NCBI GenBank assembly: GCA_050575255.1
Contig: JBNZDD010013730.1
Span: 9,022,381-9,086,380 of the forward strand
Direction of reading: 5' to 3'
DNA: 64,000 bases
Origin: Harriotta raleighana
Lineage: Eukaryota
Each line of letters opens with the position of its first letter. The stretch's first letter is position 1. Below the pieces are notes generated by a model. It had not been told where the DNA came from, did not search any database, and was given only the letters and a program-made list of their open reading frames with translations. The position numbers and the translations under genes were made by a program. This document shows, piece by piece, positions 13,386 through 28,864 of the stretch.

Positions 13386-16300
13386 GTCTCGGATTGATGC
13401 AAAAACCTGAAAAAAAACTCCACATGGTCTCNCATGCTTGTAAGACAAGTGCTCTAACCACTAAGCCACAGGAGCTCCACGTCTCGGATTGATGCAAAAA
13501 CCTGAAAAAAAACTCCACATGGTCTTAACAAATGGAACAACGTATTTTCACTTCTTTTCAAACCACGAATGCAGAAAACAAGTATGGCAAATCCACTTCT
13601 TAATGTACAAGTCAGTGTATGGTCATACTGATTCCATTACGTTGGGAACAGGTTTCCTTACTCCATAAGCTTCTGTTTACCTAGAAATAAGTAGCAACTG
13701 GTTGTTAAGTCGATTAGTGGATTGCTTTTCCATGGATAATAATCCTTTTTAAAAAAAATTGGTCACTCAATTCATGACTGTTATGGGACACTGCTGTGCC
13801 TTGTGATAGTTGAATTCACAATTTGAAATTGCCTTGTCCAAATTGCATTTGACATCATGAACCTGAAAGTCATGAGATCCTCTTTCTTAAAGGACTATAG
13901 CGTAACGATACTCAAAAGATTACCCTTTGTACAGATATATTTTTAAAAATTCACTTGGATCTAGATTATCTTTGTTAATGTACAGTAGTATTTTACAGCA
14001 TTCAGAATTTTCAAAATTGCAACATGTTACATTAGTAATGTAAATCTAGAACAAATGGAATTCAAAATTTGGCAAATTCCGTAAAGCATATTTAGTTTGT
14101 TATTGTACGTTTCTGTGAAGAACTGCAGAAATACAATTCCCAAATTAAAACTGAATTCAAAAATTTGCCAAATTCTGGTTGTGCTTAAAATGCTACAAAG
14201 ATAGAATTTCACCCTGAACCAGATCAATACTGTTTATCAAAACACTGTAAAGCAGCTCTGTTCTATACTGCAACCTCACATAAAATCAGCCTCCATAATT
14301 TTGTCATTCAAAAGCCCTCTCGATATTGTAAGATTATTATAGGTTTTACAGCTAATCCTATTGAAACCCATGAGACAAAACTAACCACAATAAGGCTAAT
14401 CTAATATCTTATAAGATCTTTTGAACAACTCCAACAATTGATTTTTTGTAAGCAACTATAATTAGATTAATAATAATAATTCATTCTCATGAAGCATGCA
14501 TAAGTAATTATACTTAAATGCAATTTTACTTTTGGCTTTTTGCGAAAATTCCAAAGAGTGCTGTTTTTGTATACCTTTTTAACTTGCGGGCGACACAGGG
14601 AATTCAATGCTCAAGTCAATGCTAATCTATGTTTTGCTAAATCTTTGTGTTTAGCGTATAAGACACAGTTGCAAACTCCCATATTGCTGCCAACGCCCTG
14701 AGAGGTTAGAGAATTGATGGAACAATTAGAGACTGCTCCTCCCTGCCTCCGCCATGCATCAGCAAATATAAGCAGCAGGCTGCCAAAATGAAGTGGTGAT
14801 GTAAATATACTTGACTTGTCTCACTAGATGCTTCCTATTGGTTCTTTAGGGGTTTTTTTGTTTGCACACTAACTGATGGAGACCAAGCGGGATGGGGTTG
14901 ATGGGCTGTGGATCAATATGTTGAGGTATGGAGATTGATCAATTCCCTCAGCGACCACATTAACAGACTCCTAAAGGTGAACTTTGACCGCTTCTATGGT
15001 TTACATTCGTTCAAACTCACCATTTTGAAAATAAGAGTAATGCAGTTCAAAGGTCTCGGCTTCCTATTAATTAGTGTGGTGTTCCCTTGGGAGCACAAGT
15101 GCAAAACTGTATAGCACAGCTTGTCAATAACACCAACAATATTCCTGTACAAACTTCCAATCCTAATGTCTAGTACCTTTCTCGAAAATGTTAAAGTACT
15201 TTATTTACCATTCTGTCAGGGCCATTTAACTGAAAACGGAAACTATACAAAATCTAGTTCATCAATCGCATTTTGATTGATTAAACCCTGCTGTATGGCT
15301 CCCTAAAGAACTGCCTTTCAATACATTTCATCAGATCCTTTTTTATGTTTGACGTTCTACATCAGTATGATAAATTAACTATTGATAATATAGAAATCTG
15401 ATAAATTATTGGTAGTCATTGCTGACTTACAACTGTATTGTCTCAACACCTGAGCTTATCTTTGAAGTGAACTAAACAGAAGTTCTCTCAGTCTGTTTTA
15501 GCAATTTTCTTTTATCTCTTTTGAGCACTCTCTTGGTGATGGGAAGATTGCAAATTGCGACACGAGCACTCCATATACTGAAACACTGATACATTGACCA
15601 CTGGAGAACAATCAATAATCTATGTTAATTTTGAGATTATATGTCAGAAATGCGAGATACTCAGAAGATGAAGCAATCATCAGAATTATCAAGTTTCTTT
15701 ATAAATGCCAGGCAATTTAATCTTTCTAAAAATCAATGTATAATAAGCACAATGCAGTAGTTCTAAGCTACAACCAATGTTTTTATATATCGATCTAAAC
15801 TACTGTAATACACTGCACTGGTTGGCAGACTGAAAAGGGATTGTACATTAATATCTGATGTGTGTTGTGTGATGGGGATGAGATGGTTCTGGTTGAGTCA
15901 CGATTTGCTTTGGTCCATTTAGATTAATTACTATTGAAGGAATTTATGCACTGTTCCAAAATTCAAATGTGTTCTCCTGTTATATAAATGTTATCTAAAT
16001 GTATTTTTTTTTAAATCATTTAAACTTAAGAGTTGTTTCATAATGCGCAGCGCTAAGAGTCAAACAGAAATCCTCCCTTCCACATGTCTTGGGATGAAAA
16101 GCTTTAGCATTTCAGAATTCAAAGGGTTAATTTCCTTCTGTCAGCCTATTATGTCACTGTAGTAGGAGAGAGACGGACCACTTCATTGCATTTTTCCCCC
16201 GCATTTACAGAATTGTACACTCCAAGTAAGAAGCTCTAAAAATTCTCAAAGCAAAAAATAAAAACCCTAACTTTTTCAAGCTTGCTTTGTTAATTTATCA

Positions 16301-18269
16301 GAAAATCAAATCGGAATAGGTCTAGAAAAATCCACCTCCATCCTTATTTAATGACCTTTAAAAAATTATACTGCTGTACTAAAACTGAAAATTCAAAGTA
16401 ACTACATGGGAGTTATTCGATTTGTGCCATTTTTGAAATACAGCCTCTAGGTAGGTCATGAAAAAAGACTCATGTCATTGTAACAATAACCACATAGCCA
16501 TGAAAATAAACGTTCAGCAGTAAAATCAGACAAGAGATAGACCTCAACAGACACCTGCTGACAAATATTGACTAACACCAGTGACATTTCAATGACCCTA
16601 ATCTTGCTAAGATTTAATTAAGGACTCTAAATAGGACATGAAACAGAACATCTATGAAATGTGCGATGGGGATTACTAATATATAAAAGGATAAACTACA
16701 TTGTGTGGATAAGGTGTAAGGTTCAACGTGAATGATGGCAATAAGGAGTAGAAAGAAACTGCTGGTTGTGTGTTATTTCAAAACTTAGAAGCTAGGAGCA
16801 GACAAGCTATCGCTTGTAACTCTTCTGTCAACGGAAGCTTTCAGCCTTCATTAAAGCAACAAGTGGAAGAACAGATGCCTCTTTGCTGCAAGCACTTCTT
16901 TTTCATAACCCTCCAGAGGGAGTGAAGGTCCTAAATCTCTCCTTTTAACACACACACAAACACCACACACATTTCCTTCCTACTGTCTGACTCCCCGAGG
17001 TACATCACAGAGATCTGGTCTTCTCTCCTGGTAGTCTAACGTAAAATCTTTCCACGCCCTGGTGGAATTGAGTGTAGAATAAGCACACACTACTGTATAC
17101 TTGGAGGGGAAACTAGTGGGCGTTTGACTGTCCAGTGTGATATGAGGAAGAAGTCTCTTGGCTCTCAGTGTTGACAAGCAAACAAATGCCTTGAGAAAAG
17201 GTTTATTTGAAGTTGCATTTCCAGTGCCAGGACTGGCAGCTGGATAATGTTTGGCAATATAATGAATAGTACTGTGGTGTCATCAATCGATGCCCAATGA
17301 AAGCAAATCTATATAACCTACTGTACATCTTCTGCACTGCCTGTGTCATGCATGAAGAGAAAGTCACTCTGTGGGGTTAAGCTGATTTGTGTTTATTATT
17401 GGTGTTCGCTTCATAGTAGGGCGACTATTGTGAAGACATTTCTGGCTTGCAAACTAAAAGTTTCTGTACCCCATCAATTCAGTTAGGATCAAGAACAACA
17501 CTAATTACCTAGATGGGTGGAAACGTGATTAAAACGTTTGCTTGTTCGAAAGGAGGAACCTTTAGCAAAAAGTTATTTCAGAAAACTATTCCAAAATTTT
17601 GACAGAACTATACTCCTCTGTCTGCCCATGTGTGAAGTTTTCCAAACATATCGTTTGGGAATTTTACCTTGCACATCAGAAATCCTCTGTGACAGAGTTA
17701 TCCCCGTCGTCTTCCCCCACCCCCACCCCACCACCCACCCAGGACATCTCAACGCCCTGGGACTTCCACCTTAAATGAGTGAAAATGGACATAGGATTTT
17801 CTGCAAGCAATGGTGTCCCAGGGCATAGAGCTGAAGAGGTACTGGAGTCATAGTGGAATCTGGAAACCTACTCAACCACTCTCCCACTTGGGAGATTTAT
17901 AGTGGTGGAGCTGGGAGACTATAATGAGGGCAGTAAAGTTTATGTTAGTCGGATATTGATCTCGTCATTTAATTATGTGCTGCTGTTTTTACAATATGTT
18001 AGGCAGTAGCGCAAAGAAGTTTGTGAGGGCAGAATTGAGATTATCAGTCAGCATCATCATTGCACAAACAAAGGAGATCACTGTGACTTTAGGAGAGACA
18101 AATATATTTCTCTGTCGAAACAGGCTCAGTAAGTCTTCCCGAGCTGCTGCTGCTGCCGGAGATTGTTATCCATAATAATAACCTTTGTATTTGGTTTGGC
18201 AGCTTATCACATCAGCAACCCTTCTCAAACAGCTTCTTTGACAAAGCATTATAAATTTTTTTAATGTTT

Positions 18270-18760
18270 TACCAAATGAATGATACCAGGAATGGGGAAT
18301 CTTAGCTATGAGGACAGGCTGGAGAAGTTAGGATTTTTCCCATTAGAGCAGAGAAGGTTATGCGGGGACCTGATAGAGGTCTTCAAGATCATGAAAGGTT
18401 TCCACAGGCTGGATAGGGAAAAGCTGTTTCCGCTGGTAGGTGTGTCTGTGACCCGTGGTCACAGTCTTAAGATATCTACCAAAAGAAGCAGTGGGGAGGT
18501 TAGAAGAATTTTTTTCACTCGAGAGTCGTTCGAATTTGGAATGATCTGCCTGAAAGGGTAGTGAGGTCCGATTCGATAGCAGCTTTTAAGAGAGAACTGG
18601 ATAGGTATCTGGGGAAGACGGGTTTGCAGAGTTATGGGGAGAAAGCTGGTGATTGGGGTTAATGAAAGTGACATTGCTCTGTCAAAGAGCCAGCACAGAC
18701 TCGATGGGCCGAATGGCCTCCTTCTGTGCCGTAACATTCTATGATTCTATGATTCTATGA
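18270..18760 (+). mobile_element. CR1 LINE 3' end (ORF2 C-terminus, 3'UTR, (ATTCTATG)n tail)
   Basis: ORF MIPGMGNLSYEDRLEKLGFFPLEQRRLCGDLIEVFKIMKG; gatgggccgaatggcctccttctgtg and the ATTCTATG repeats are diagnostic of CR1. Confidence 0.93.
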
Positions 18761-21489
18761 ATCCTTGAATTTCATGTCAGGTCGACTCAAAGCACTTCAC
18801 GGGATGTACTGTTGAATGTGTATTTTGTAGGCGAATGTCTGGGGTCGCAGAAAGGTTTGAATGTAATGTTGAATATGGCTCTGAATCAGCGACAAGTCCA
18901 AAGGTATAATCAGATCAGATGTGACCAGGATTGTTCCCCAATCTTATTGAAGAATACAAAGTCTTACTTACCCCAAACTTTTTAACTTTGGTAAAAATTG
19001 GCAAATTTACATTTCTGAATTTGCCTGTATCTCTGGATCTTTTGTTTATTAGATATGGTCACTAATAGAAATATAACAAGAAATACTTGCATTTAGTTCA
19101 GTATTTTGTAGGTAAACCTCTGTAAATTCTTCCAGTCCTATTCTCCTGCCCTTTCTAATTCAGGTCTATTTCTCGTTCCCCATTCTTCATCCACCATGTT
19201 CCCCATGGTCTCTGAAGCAGTTTCCATCCTTAATGCTTATCACTATATCTGTCAAGTAATTTTACACATTTACTTTGACATCCCTCCACAGTCTTGTTCC
19301 ACCTTACCTCTGCAACCTTCTTCACCCACACCGACCTGGACACTCCCTTTGCCCAGCATACAGTAACCTGTTTCATGTAATCCCCTTTCACGCCCAATCT
19401 GTTCCACCATCAGTGGCAAGTGAACCAATACTGGAAGCTTGTTAAGTGTTATTAACAGATCTAGCCACACTTTGGAATCTTTCATAACATTTAAGAAATG
19501 TACTGTAAGCAATCCATGTGAAGGGTGGTATATCAATGCAAGTTGTTGTACGTTGTTGTACTTATGGTGGGATTCTTTGTATCTTGTGCATCTTTATGCA
19601 GATGTATAGTTGTTCCTGGGCAAGAGCAATTTCAGAGAGCAAAAATATAAATCCTGTTTCCCATCTCCTAACCTCGCTGAAGCTGGAACCGGTGACAAAT
19701 TTCTTCCCCAATATAAATGAGACATTGCTGAGAGAAAATCATCGAGACAAATAGAAGCGCTGGGAAATCAAATGCAAGAAATTTAAGGTCTGACAATTAG
19801 TCAATTAAATGGAGAATAATGGCTATCTAGCAATGATTACAAGACATCACTCTAAGTAAAGGGTTCAAAGGGCATCATTAACTGCAAGATTGCAGGTCCA
19901 GCATTTCATGACACTCACTGAAATACCACGATTAGAAAACAGTCTTGAAATTACCATTATTATTTATAATATATATTGTCTCAGTTTTAGGAGAGTTCTA
20001 TTCAGTTTTCAGCCGATATTTGCTCCAAAGAACTGTGGGAGTGAGGACATTTACTAGAAAAGTGCTGGGTTCGTGGAAGATGCATTAATCTGTACTCTAG
20101 AGGAGTTTCACACTTGGTGATTAACAGCTCAGAAACCATCATACTGCAGGTTTATCACACTACAATCTGCAATTGAGATATCTGGAAAATGCAACATTAA
20201 ATATAAATTACAACTGATTTATCAATTCCCAGTTGTAATTTCACACAAAAAAAAAATCAATTAACTGACTTGCAAGCGATCTGGCCAGATCAGGCATGGT
20301 GTAAATCTGGGTCTGCAGCAGATCACAGCTTCAGGTCATTAAAATCCTTGTGGCATTAAATGAATGCAGATGTGGGTTCCCCTTTGATTACCATCCAGCC
20401 AATGTGTACATTAGCTGACCAAGTAATCAGGATGAGCTGAATGTCAGTGAACCCAGTCATCTACCACTAAACGTGTGTGACACTGAGCTGAAATTTATCC
20501 AGGATGTTCCATATCTTAGCAGTAACATTGTATGAATGAGTCTCGTTATTATTATGCCTGCTAGACAATGTTTAGTACCCTTTCACCTCCATTGACACGT
20601 CCTTCTCTGCTCAGCCACGGCAAGCCAGTGAGAACATTTCATCATAAAGAGTGCATCATTCGTTACCCCCTCTACTCTCATTCATAAATCCTTTGAGTTT
20701 TGCTTACGTGGGGAACTGATGATATCATCAGACTTGCTGACTGAGTTCCTGTCCCTGTGACTCACTGTCAGCCTGCCATCCCAACAAACTACACAATTAA
20801 ATCAATGACTGAAATAAATGGCAATGTGAAATTAAAGAATCAGTACATACTGAGATTAGCCCACTAAGCAAAAGCGGATCAAACTGTTGACATGGCCAGT
20901 GAATCTGGTTCAAGTGCTCGACATTTGGGGAGCTCTCTTGAAGTTTAATGTATTGGCTAACTGAACCAATACAGTTTTCTTCCTTTTTTTTTGACAGGCT
21001 GCTGATTTGCCTGTTATCACATTATTTATGAATGAACAGAGAATTACACATCCCCCCAAGCCCCCCGCCCCCACCCCACCCCAGGCTCCCTGATCAAGCA
21101 GATATGGTTACAACCAGGTTCTGAAATAGCAACCACAAAATGCAGGTCTCTGCCAAGGCTGCACACATCGGATTGTAAAGGAATGCAAACGGTTGAGGAG
21201 CTCAGCAAAATCTTTACATATGGGATGAAGCCAAACCAAAACTCACACGCCATCACCGATTGTGAACAGCGGATCATCTATCAGTGGACAAGTGCAGGAA
21301 CTTTGGAATGCTACTTCTCAAATGAAATAATATATCTTTTAAAAGCCAATGCCCACTTCAGGCTCAAAGACTATATATCAAGCAGCAGCCACTTTACAGT
21401 CATTAACCTTACACCTGTCTCCCCACGTCCTTCACGATGATCCCCTGCCCTTGGTTTTTTTTTCCTCTCTCTCTCTCTCTGTTCATCTT

Positions 21490-21720
21490 CCTACTCTGTA
21501 ATATAAAACAGAGGGCCCGTGGAATAATTCAAACCCACTGGAGCAGGAACACAGTTACAAATCTCTGCCACAAGCACTCTCTGCTCTGAAAGGCAGTTTG
21601 TCAGTTCTGCACAGAGTGACCTTTGTGACATAGATACGAGGGGGAAAATGCTGTCAGTGAGTAAACAAGATGATCTCTTGGCTCAAATTCAATAATTAAC
21701 TCCTATTAGAAGCAAACTGC
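21490..21720. promoter_or_regulatory. Candidate intronic endoderm/liver enhancer
   Basis: TGACCTTTG (HNF4/COUP-like) 21617, GTAAACA (FOX) 21661 and an HNF1-like GTTAATTATTGAA on the minus strand at 21688-21700, all within 85 bp of non-repetitive DNA. Confidence 0.4.
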
Positions 21721-24700
21721 AGGTCGGGTAGTATTATTGCCAGGATTTCAAAATCAGAAGCTAAGGTCCTTTGCAGAGCTTCAGCCAGCTGTTTTTTTTT
21801 ACATCCAACCTCATTGCCGGGTGCAGAAGTTTAGCACAATGATACCATTTAACGCATTCAGTGTTAGAGTTAACCAAATCATTGTCATCACTGACCTCAA
21901 GCTCAAATCTGTATTTGATCTGCTTTTTTGAGTCTGTAATGCAATGTCACCCTGGAACACACTGCCAGTAGCACATTTTACATAAGGTCACGTTCAATTC
22001 AGATCAGGATATTGTAAGATGAAGACAGCCTTGCTGTGTTACACCGTTGTCACTTCAATTCAGTGTTAATTTAGCAACCTGACATGTGCTTTGTGTTTCT
22101 CTCTGCGGCAGAACATGACAAGCCATTCACATTGATGGTTTACACTAGTCTATTGTCACTTCCTTTCCAACCCAATCAAATTCCTATCAGCCTTGCATTC
22201 AAAGGTGAGAGTTGCACTCTAAGCTAAGACCCCAGTAAATGCTTGGGCAAGACTTACATTTCCATATTCACCATGATTCAGAAGGTATCAGACACATAGG
22301 TTCAGCTGTGGTGTAAATAGGGTTTTAAAGCCAGTTTTAACATAGGTGAATTGAATTGCAGGATCAGCCTCGTAAAATCTCCCTCTGCAAAAGGGACTGG
22401 CAATTTAAGTAGTTCACTTTCATGTCCTATAGACTAATATTATATAATAATAATAATTCAATAGCATCTGCATTGGATCCAGGAGTTGCTTGATTTGTGT
22501 AACTTTCTTTAGTTATTATGGTTCCCTTGAGAGCCATTATAATGTTGATCCAACCATCACTAACCCTACAACATAATTCTATTAACATACCAACTGCATA
22601 GCAGCTCCATTCTTTTGGGTTGGTTGCATAGAAGAAGAAAAAAAAACTTTTCAGTTAAAGATTTATCCCTGTACTTTGTTCAGCCATTTAATAAGAAATC
22701 AGTTTATGAGCATTTCACACAGAGCTCAAGTAGGCATTATTTTAAAGCAGAAATGTATTAATGTGTAAAACAGTATCTTACTTTCACACAGCTTCCTGCA
22801 GGGGCATTGTTGCTACCAAAAAGACAGCAGGCAAGCACACACGATGGGAATGAAGACACTATTTCTGTCACTCAGGATTTCTGCAAAAACTGAAACTAAA
22901 CCTAAACTAAACTGAAACAAAGGTAAATAAGTTTTCCTGGACAGCTAGTATGGTAGATCTAAACCACAATACCCACTCCAAGCTGTTTCTACAGTCCTTT
23001 AGCCACTGAATCTTCTGCAAATAGCGTTTGTATTTCGCTTTGAAGAGACTGATTTCTCGCAGTACAAAATTGCTTTACGTGAGAGTTAATGCAATGGATG
23101 GAGAGTAGTTTTTGTAAATTTCTTCAAGGTCACAATTGCATTCCAGCAGGAGAAGGGAGGATAATGGCAATTTATAAATCTACATAAATGAACTATGGAA
23201 GAATCTGGTTAAAAATGGAACTGCTGTATATTTCTCTTTGACTGGGGGAGACCAAAGTAAAAATCACACCATTATCCACTTTGGCTTCAAAATTGTAAAC
23301 TTCTATCCCTAATTTAAATAGACCCAACCCTCCTATTTGGTTATTTAGTTACACACTCCATATTTCTGAGGCTGCATTATTTCCAATTGGTAAATCAATG
23401 AAGACAGTGGAATAAGTTACTTCGCCTTCAAAATCGTTTCAAAAGAAAATATTCCTCCTGCTCAGTTTCCCCTTTCATTTCTGTGAAGTACTGTACTTCA
23501 AAGTGTTCATGCAATATTGATGGTTCTAATTAAATACAGGTCAGTGAGGGACCGAATGCTATACATGATATTGGGGGAGCTATTTTAACTGCACACATAC
23601 CGCTAGCCGCAGAAATAAGGCTATATTTATTGAATCCAATTGATGTCAAATCAGTAAGTATAATTTCTTTCACTCACTGTGCTATCTCATACAGTATATT
23701 AACTGAATTAACAAACCACATTTACTTCACAGACAAACATCACTGGGAGCTTGTGCATAACGTATGCTGTAGATTAACCACCTACATTTATGTATTTATT
23801 TGCGTCATTTTAGAGCCATTGCATATGTAGCAATCCATATTTTGAGGAATACTAATCTTATAATACAGACATGGATGTAACAAATTCATGTTTTTTTCAC
23901 AAATGTTTCCCTAGGTAAGACACAGTACTGAACTCAGACAGTAACAGTACTGCATGGAGTGATTAATACGTTTCCCTAGATTATCCGAAGTATATCAGTT
24001 GGAAATATGTACCTAGAAAGTGCCAGATCACTGTCCAATAAGACTCTGAGCTTTAAAATATCCTGCCAATATGAAACATTTACAATGAAGGTTTATTATT
24101 CAAATTACAGTACCAGGTTGAGCTCACATCTATACTTCCAAGTCTTGAATTGCTTGGACCTGCCTTGCATTCAACTACAAAATTTACAGTCACTGCACTT
24201 TGCAGTAAATTCTGTGAAGCACTTTGAGGCATCCACTCAACGTGAAAGGTACAATATCAAAAAGCAAGAAGTATCACTATTATGTCTTAAGAGCCAGAAC
24301 AGCCCAAATTCATCACCCAGAGGATATGTTTGGACATGCTCCTCAGTTTATCACTTGCAAAACAATAAAGGCCTACACAGACCCATGAGAATTTGAACAC
24401 ATAATTTGTTATTTCTCAAGGCAAGTGCTCAACTAACTGAGCTACTGTACTGGGGTTTACAATTTACATTCACATTTATCAAGCAGAAAAATTCTTAAAT
24501 GCATTGAATTGATTTACAGAGAATCATGGAAAGCTTGCTGCTTGCTTGAGGGAGATACGTGACTGGGCCAACTTGTTTCAAAGGGAGAATAGCTTCAGAG
24601 AAAGTTCAAAATGGAAAACGGGCCAACTCTTCCACAAACATGTTCCTGCAGTACAGTACAATAAATGGTAGTCTGAGCTTTGGTAAAACAATGTCTAATC

Positions 24701-25631
24701 AAGCTCGGAAAATCCTGAGCCAAAGATGACTTCAGATCAGTAGCATTTTCACACAAGTGAACTCTTAAAATGCATTCCAGCTCTTAAGTCAGTTTCTGAC
24801 AGCAGCAGAGGGAATATACCCAGTCGGATTTAAATTACGATTCTTAAGAAAATCTAGAGTCGAAAAGCACAGTGCAACTTGTTCTCCGCCGACTTGATTG
24901 TTGTTTAAAAATAGTGGATGTTTCATAAATTGGAAGGCTCGCAGGGGCTGTTTTTACTGCCTGCGTGAGTAAAGGCTGGTAGTGGGAACACTCCATTCAA
25001 ACAACCAACCTGACCCACAATGAAGAGGTGTTCTTAATAGGCATGAATCACTCCCTTGCATTCTTTCCAACCTTAAACAATCACAAATGGGATAAATGCC
25101 GCTGAGCATTGATGGTGGCAACAAATTGTATTGTCCTTGTGAACATCTGTTTCCGTCTCCCACGCTGATACATGACAGAAGTGAGCACTAGGGCTGGGAT
25201 GGATTAGCATTACATGATCTGAGGCAGCAGAAGAAACCGGAAATTCCTGCACTAATGTCTATATCTGAGCAACAGACTAGAACCACTCCATACAGGAAAT
25301 GCCCTTTAAACACAACATATTGGGAAGGGGGAAGTAAAAATGCGGTGTATGATGTGATATTTATCACGTCACTTACTTTCCCCCCTGTGTGATTTCCTTG
25401 CATTACATGTTTCTCAAACAAAGTCTGAGTCCTGATAAAGCAAGATTTGCTTTGCTCAATGAAATGATTAATACAGATTAAATTGCGCTATTAGTGATTG
25501 TGCAAATGCTGTAAAGTAGTTTGAGATGTCCGCCTAATGAGAAAGGCACTACATCAAGTGGAAGAATTATTATGCCTCAATTCGCAAGTGCTGCCCCAAT
25601 CTGAGGTTAGACAATGTCCCCGATTACAGCA

Positions 25632-25750
25632 AAAACAACTTGGATTTATATAGCGCCCTCCACATTGGATGGCGTCTCAGAGCGTTTCACAATAACGGAT
25701 CTCGGGGCTGAGCCAGGGGGAGGATGAAACGGTGACCAAAAGCGTGGTCT
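25632..25750 (-). mobile_element. L2 LINE 3' terminus
   Basis: aacaacttggatttatatagcgccctccac...gtgaccaaaagcgtggtc (ORF2 end DHAFGH on the minus strand). Confidence 0.7.
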
Positions 25751-28700
25751 AAATTTCTAAACCTTAAATACCTAATAAAAAAGTACACCCAACCCATCTA
25801 ACACAATTCACTTTAAAAAAAAATCTAAATTGCTCTCTTTCTTCAGGCTTATTTAAATATAAACATTATTTTATTCTTTCTCACTCTAGTTGGGAGCTGG
25901 CGGAGGGAATGAATTTGAAGGCAGCCGGAGTAATAACTCAATCTCCCTTGTGGACACTTGGAAACAGTCGCCATTTGTCCCCAGTGTATCATCATAATAA
26001 AACTTACACAAGCACCGAGTTATCTATCCTTTGTGCAATTTCCAAGATAGCATTTTGGTGCGTTTCCACATAATAAAATCCTGCATGCAAACTGCCACAT
26101 GAATGTCCTATAGCTATGGAAAGCTGGGCACGAAAGTGAGAATGATACATCACACTGCAGCCTGATCCTATTATAAGCAGCCTGTGGAAACCAGGATTCC
26201 AACCAAATGCAATATTTCTGAATACCCTCGACTAGGAGAAAGGAGCCAGAATGAAGTAACCACGCCGCAAAGTTCTATTCAATTGCTTACTAACTGAACT
26301 TAGTGCCAGAGAATTTGAATTCTGGTGGTTCCACTCAAGCATTTCAACCTTTCAAGGTCAATATCTGTAAAAATGAATGTCAGGTCTTAAAAATACCTTT
26401 GGATACAGCTAGGGGAGGAAAACAGGGTATCGAACTATCAGAAGAGCCTAACAGACTCCGGTACAGTACAATTACCAGCGAACAATTACATTTAGTGATT
26501 CGGACAAAACATGAGCAGACAGATTAGTTCAAATCCACTATCACAGCTCAGAGGAGAAAAAATGAACTCCTTGCTAAAGTATGAGAAGCCAAGTGGCCAA
26601 GTTAAGTCCACTCATTTATTGTTAATAATTTTTGGGTGTCAGCAAAAGTTTCAAATGCATCTTGCTGTAGTGGCTTCTTGTTTTTACCTTTGAATTACAT
26701 ATCAGTACATTAAATTGCCTTTCTCTGTATCTAGGAACTGATAAGAGAAAGTTAAGTGATGAACTGATGCTCTCCATTGCTGGTTGCATAGCTGGGTAGA
26801 CATGGCCTGAGCAGTATGTAAAAGGGTGCATTGTTCTCTTTGCTGTTTCTGAGACTTTAGTCAAACAATTATTGAAAAAAAACTTTTCAATCTAATTCTA
26901 GCTATTGCCTGATGGCCAATTTATGATTATTTATGTGTTCTTATCTCTTAACAGTATTAATCGGCACAATGTATTTATAGAAGCAGAACACAATCAAATT
27001 CCAGAAGCCAACAGTAACTAATATTTCCTGGGTTTCATACCGTTCCAAGTTTCCAAAATTTGTTTACATCACCAGGGTACAGCTTAGAAATGCAATGATT
27101 TATGTAAAAAAAACCTCTCTCCTGTGCCACTGTAACAAAAAAAGTTCTTTTAGGAATGTTGCACTTCATCAAATTCTGTCACGCAATTATTCACGGTCCC
27201 TACGTAATACCTCCCTGTCCTGTGTGGAAACACGTGCATGTCTGCACGACAGATCTCCAGTGGAGAGCAAACAGTAAACTAATGGTAAGCATGAAACTTA
27301 CTGTAAGAAACTTACTGTAAGTGAACCACACTGAAGTGACAAACTCCATGGGTAGTTGGTTCGAGAAGCTCATTAATTTGCATCGCTTCTGTATAAGCAC
27401 AATAACAACAGCAAAATGAGTACCAATTATCAACACGCTACAGAAAGCATCATGGGATTTTTGAGCAACACATTAGTTGTCCCAAGAATTTTAAGGGATC
27501 ATTTTGTCCATTTAAATTGAAGTACTTACGCCAAACATCTGAGTTCTGAGCATGCATTTAATCGCTCACACACGACTGTCGAGCCTATGGCCATCATCAT
27601 GGTGTGGGGAAGTAGGAATCAAGCTTCCCTCTCCACTTTGCTCTAGAAACACTATCCCTTCAATTCCAGCAGTATAAACAGGGCATTAGCACTCATCAGA
27701 GGATCACCAAGAGACAGACAATCTCTCCTTTATTTCTCTCTCATATTATAATTCACTTCACTTAAAGCAACCACAACAGCCTCTTGTAAGCACTAAGCTA
27801 ATCCGATTCAGCTAATTGGATTTCACTCATTCATGTGTACAGACAAACAAATAGCAGACAAGTGGCCAATTAATTAGAAGCATTCAGATTTGAAATGTGC
27901 CTCCTTTGATTGGAATTAATTTTATTATTGTATTTCCAAAAAAGGATTCGGAAACTTAAGTAGCTAAAGTGAGGCAATTACAAAATTCTCCAGTGTGTTA
28001 TTTTCGCAGTGGGATGTAATCAGCAAGCACTTCTGGAACCAGACATGCACTTGAGAAGATTTGAAAAATATTAATTCTTTTATAAATTAGCCATCTCATA
28101 AAATGTTATTGGAAACCATTTAATATTATGAATGAAATGAATGAACAGCTTTCACTAAGCCTTCTCTCATTCATCTTGTTGTAGAGTGAAGTTTTTTTAA
28201 AACACCATTCAACTTCCAATTATTTGTAATTACTGAGTAATTTTTCCAATGCAATTATTCTATTGTTTTCCTTTATGTACACAAGTGAGGAGGGGCTCAT
28301 CAGAGTACTGATCCCCAAAGACTAAGAGCTGGTCATCGACTCTCCATCCATTGGTTTAACTCTCACGGAAGGATTGCTATACATTGTAAAATGAAGTGAA
28401 TTACAAATCCCAGAATGCAACAAATTAAATCATTTTATTTCGACAAAGTTTCATGACACAACCGTCCTATTAAAATAATTTCTGATTACAAGCCTCCTCG
28501 TATAACAAGCACTGGTATGCTTTTATTACAATAAGGTTTAACTTTGGGGCCCCTAGTTTCAGACATTTTCCCTGATGGCCTCACTGGACCAACTACCATT
28601 TATGTTTTAAGCTCAATTACTGCATATAACTGTAATTTTACAGTAAGAAGCTCACTCATAGTTCTATTAGGTAATACAGTCTCTAAATTATTAAAAGAAC

Positions 28701-28864
28701 AAAAACAATTGTATGCAAAAAGTATTCCTCAAAAACATGTTTTTATTTTGTTCATTGCTGGATTGTAAGAAGCTTAACATGCTGGGATGAGGAAACTGTT
28801 CCGAGATGTGCTATGGAGGTGGATATTAAAAAATCCCTATTGAAAAAGAGTGTCTTGGACAACA

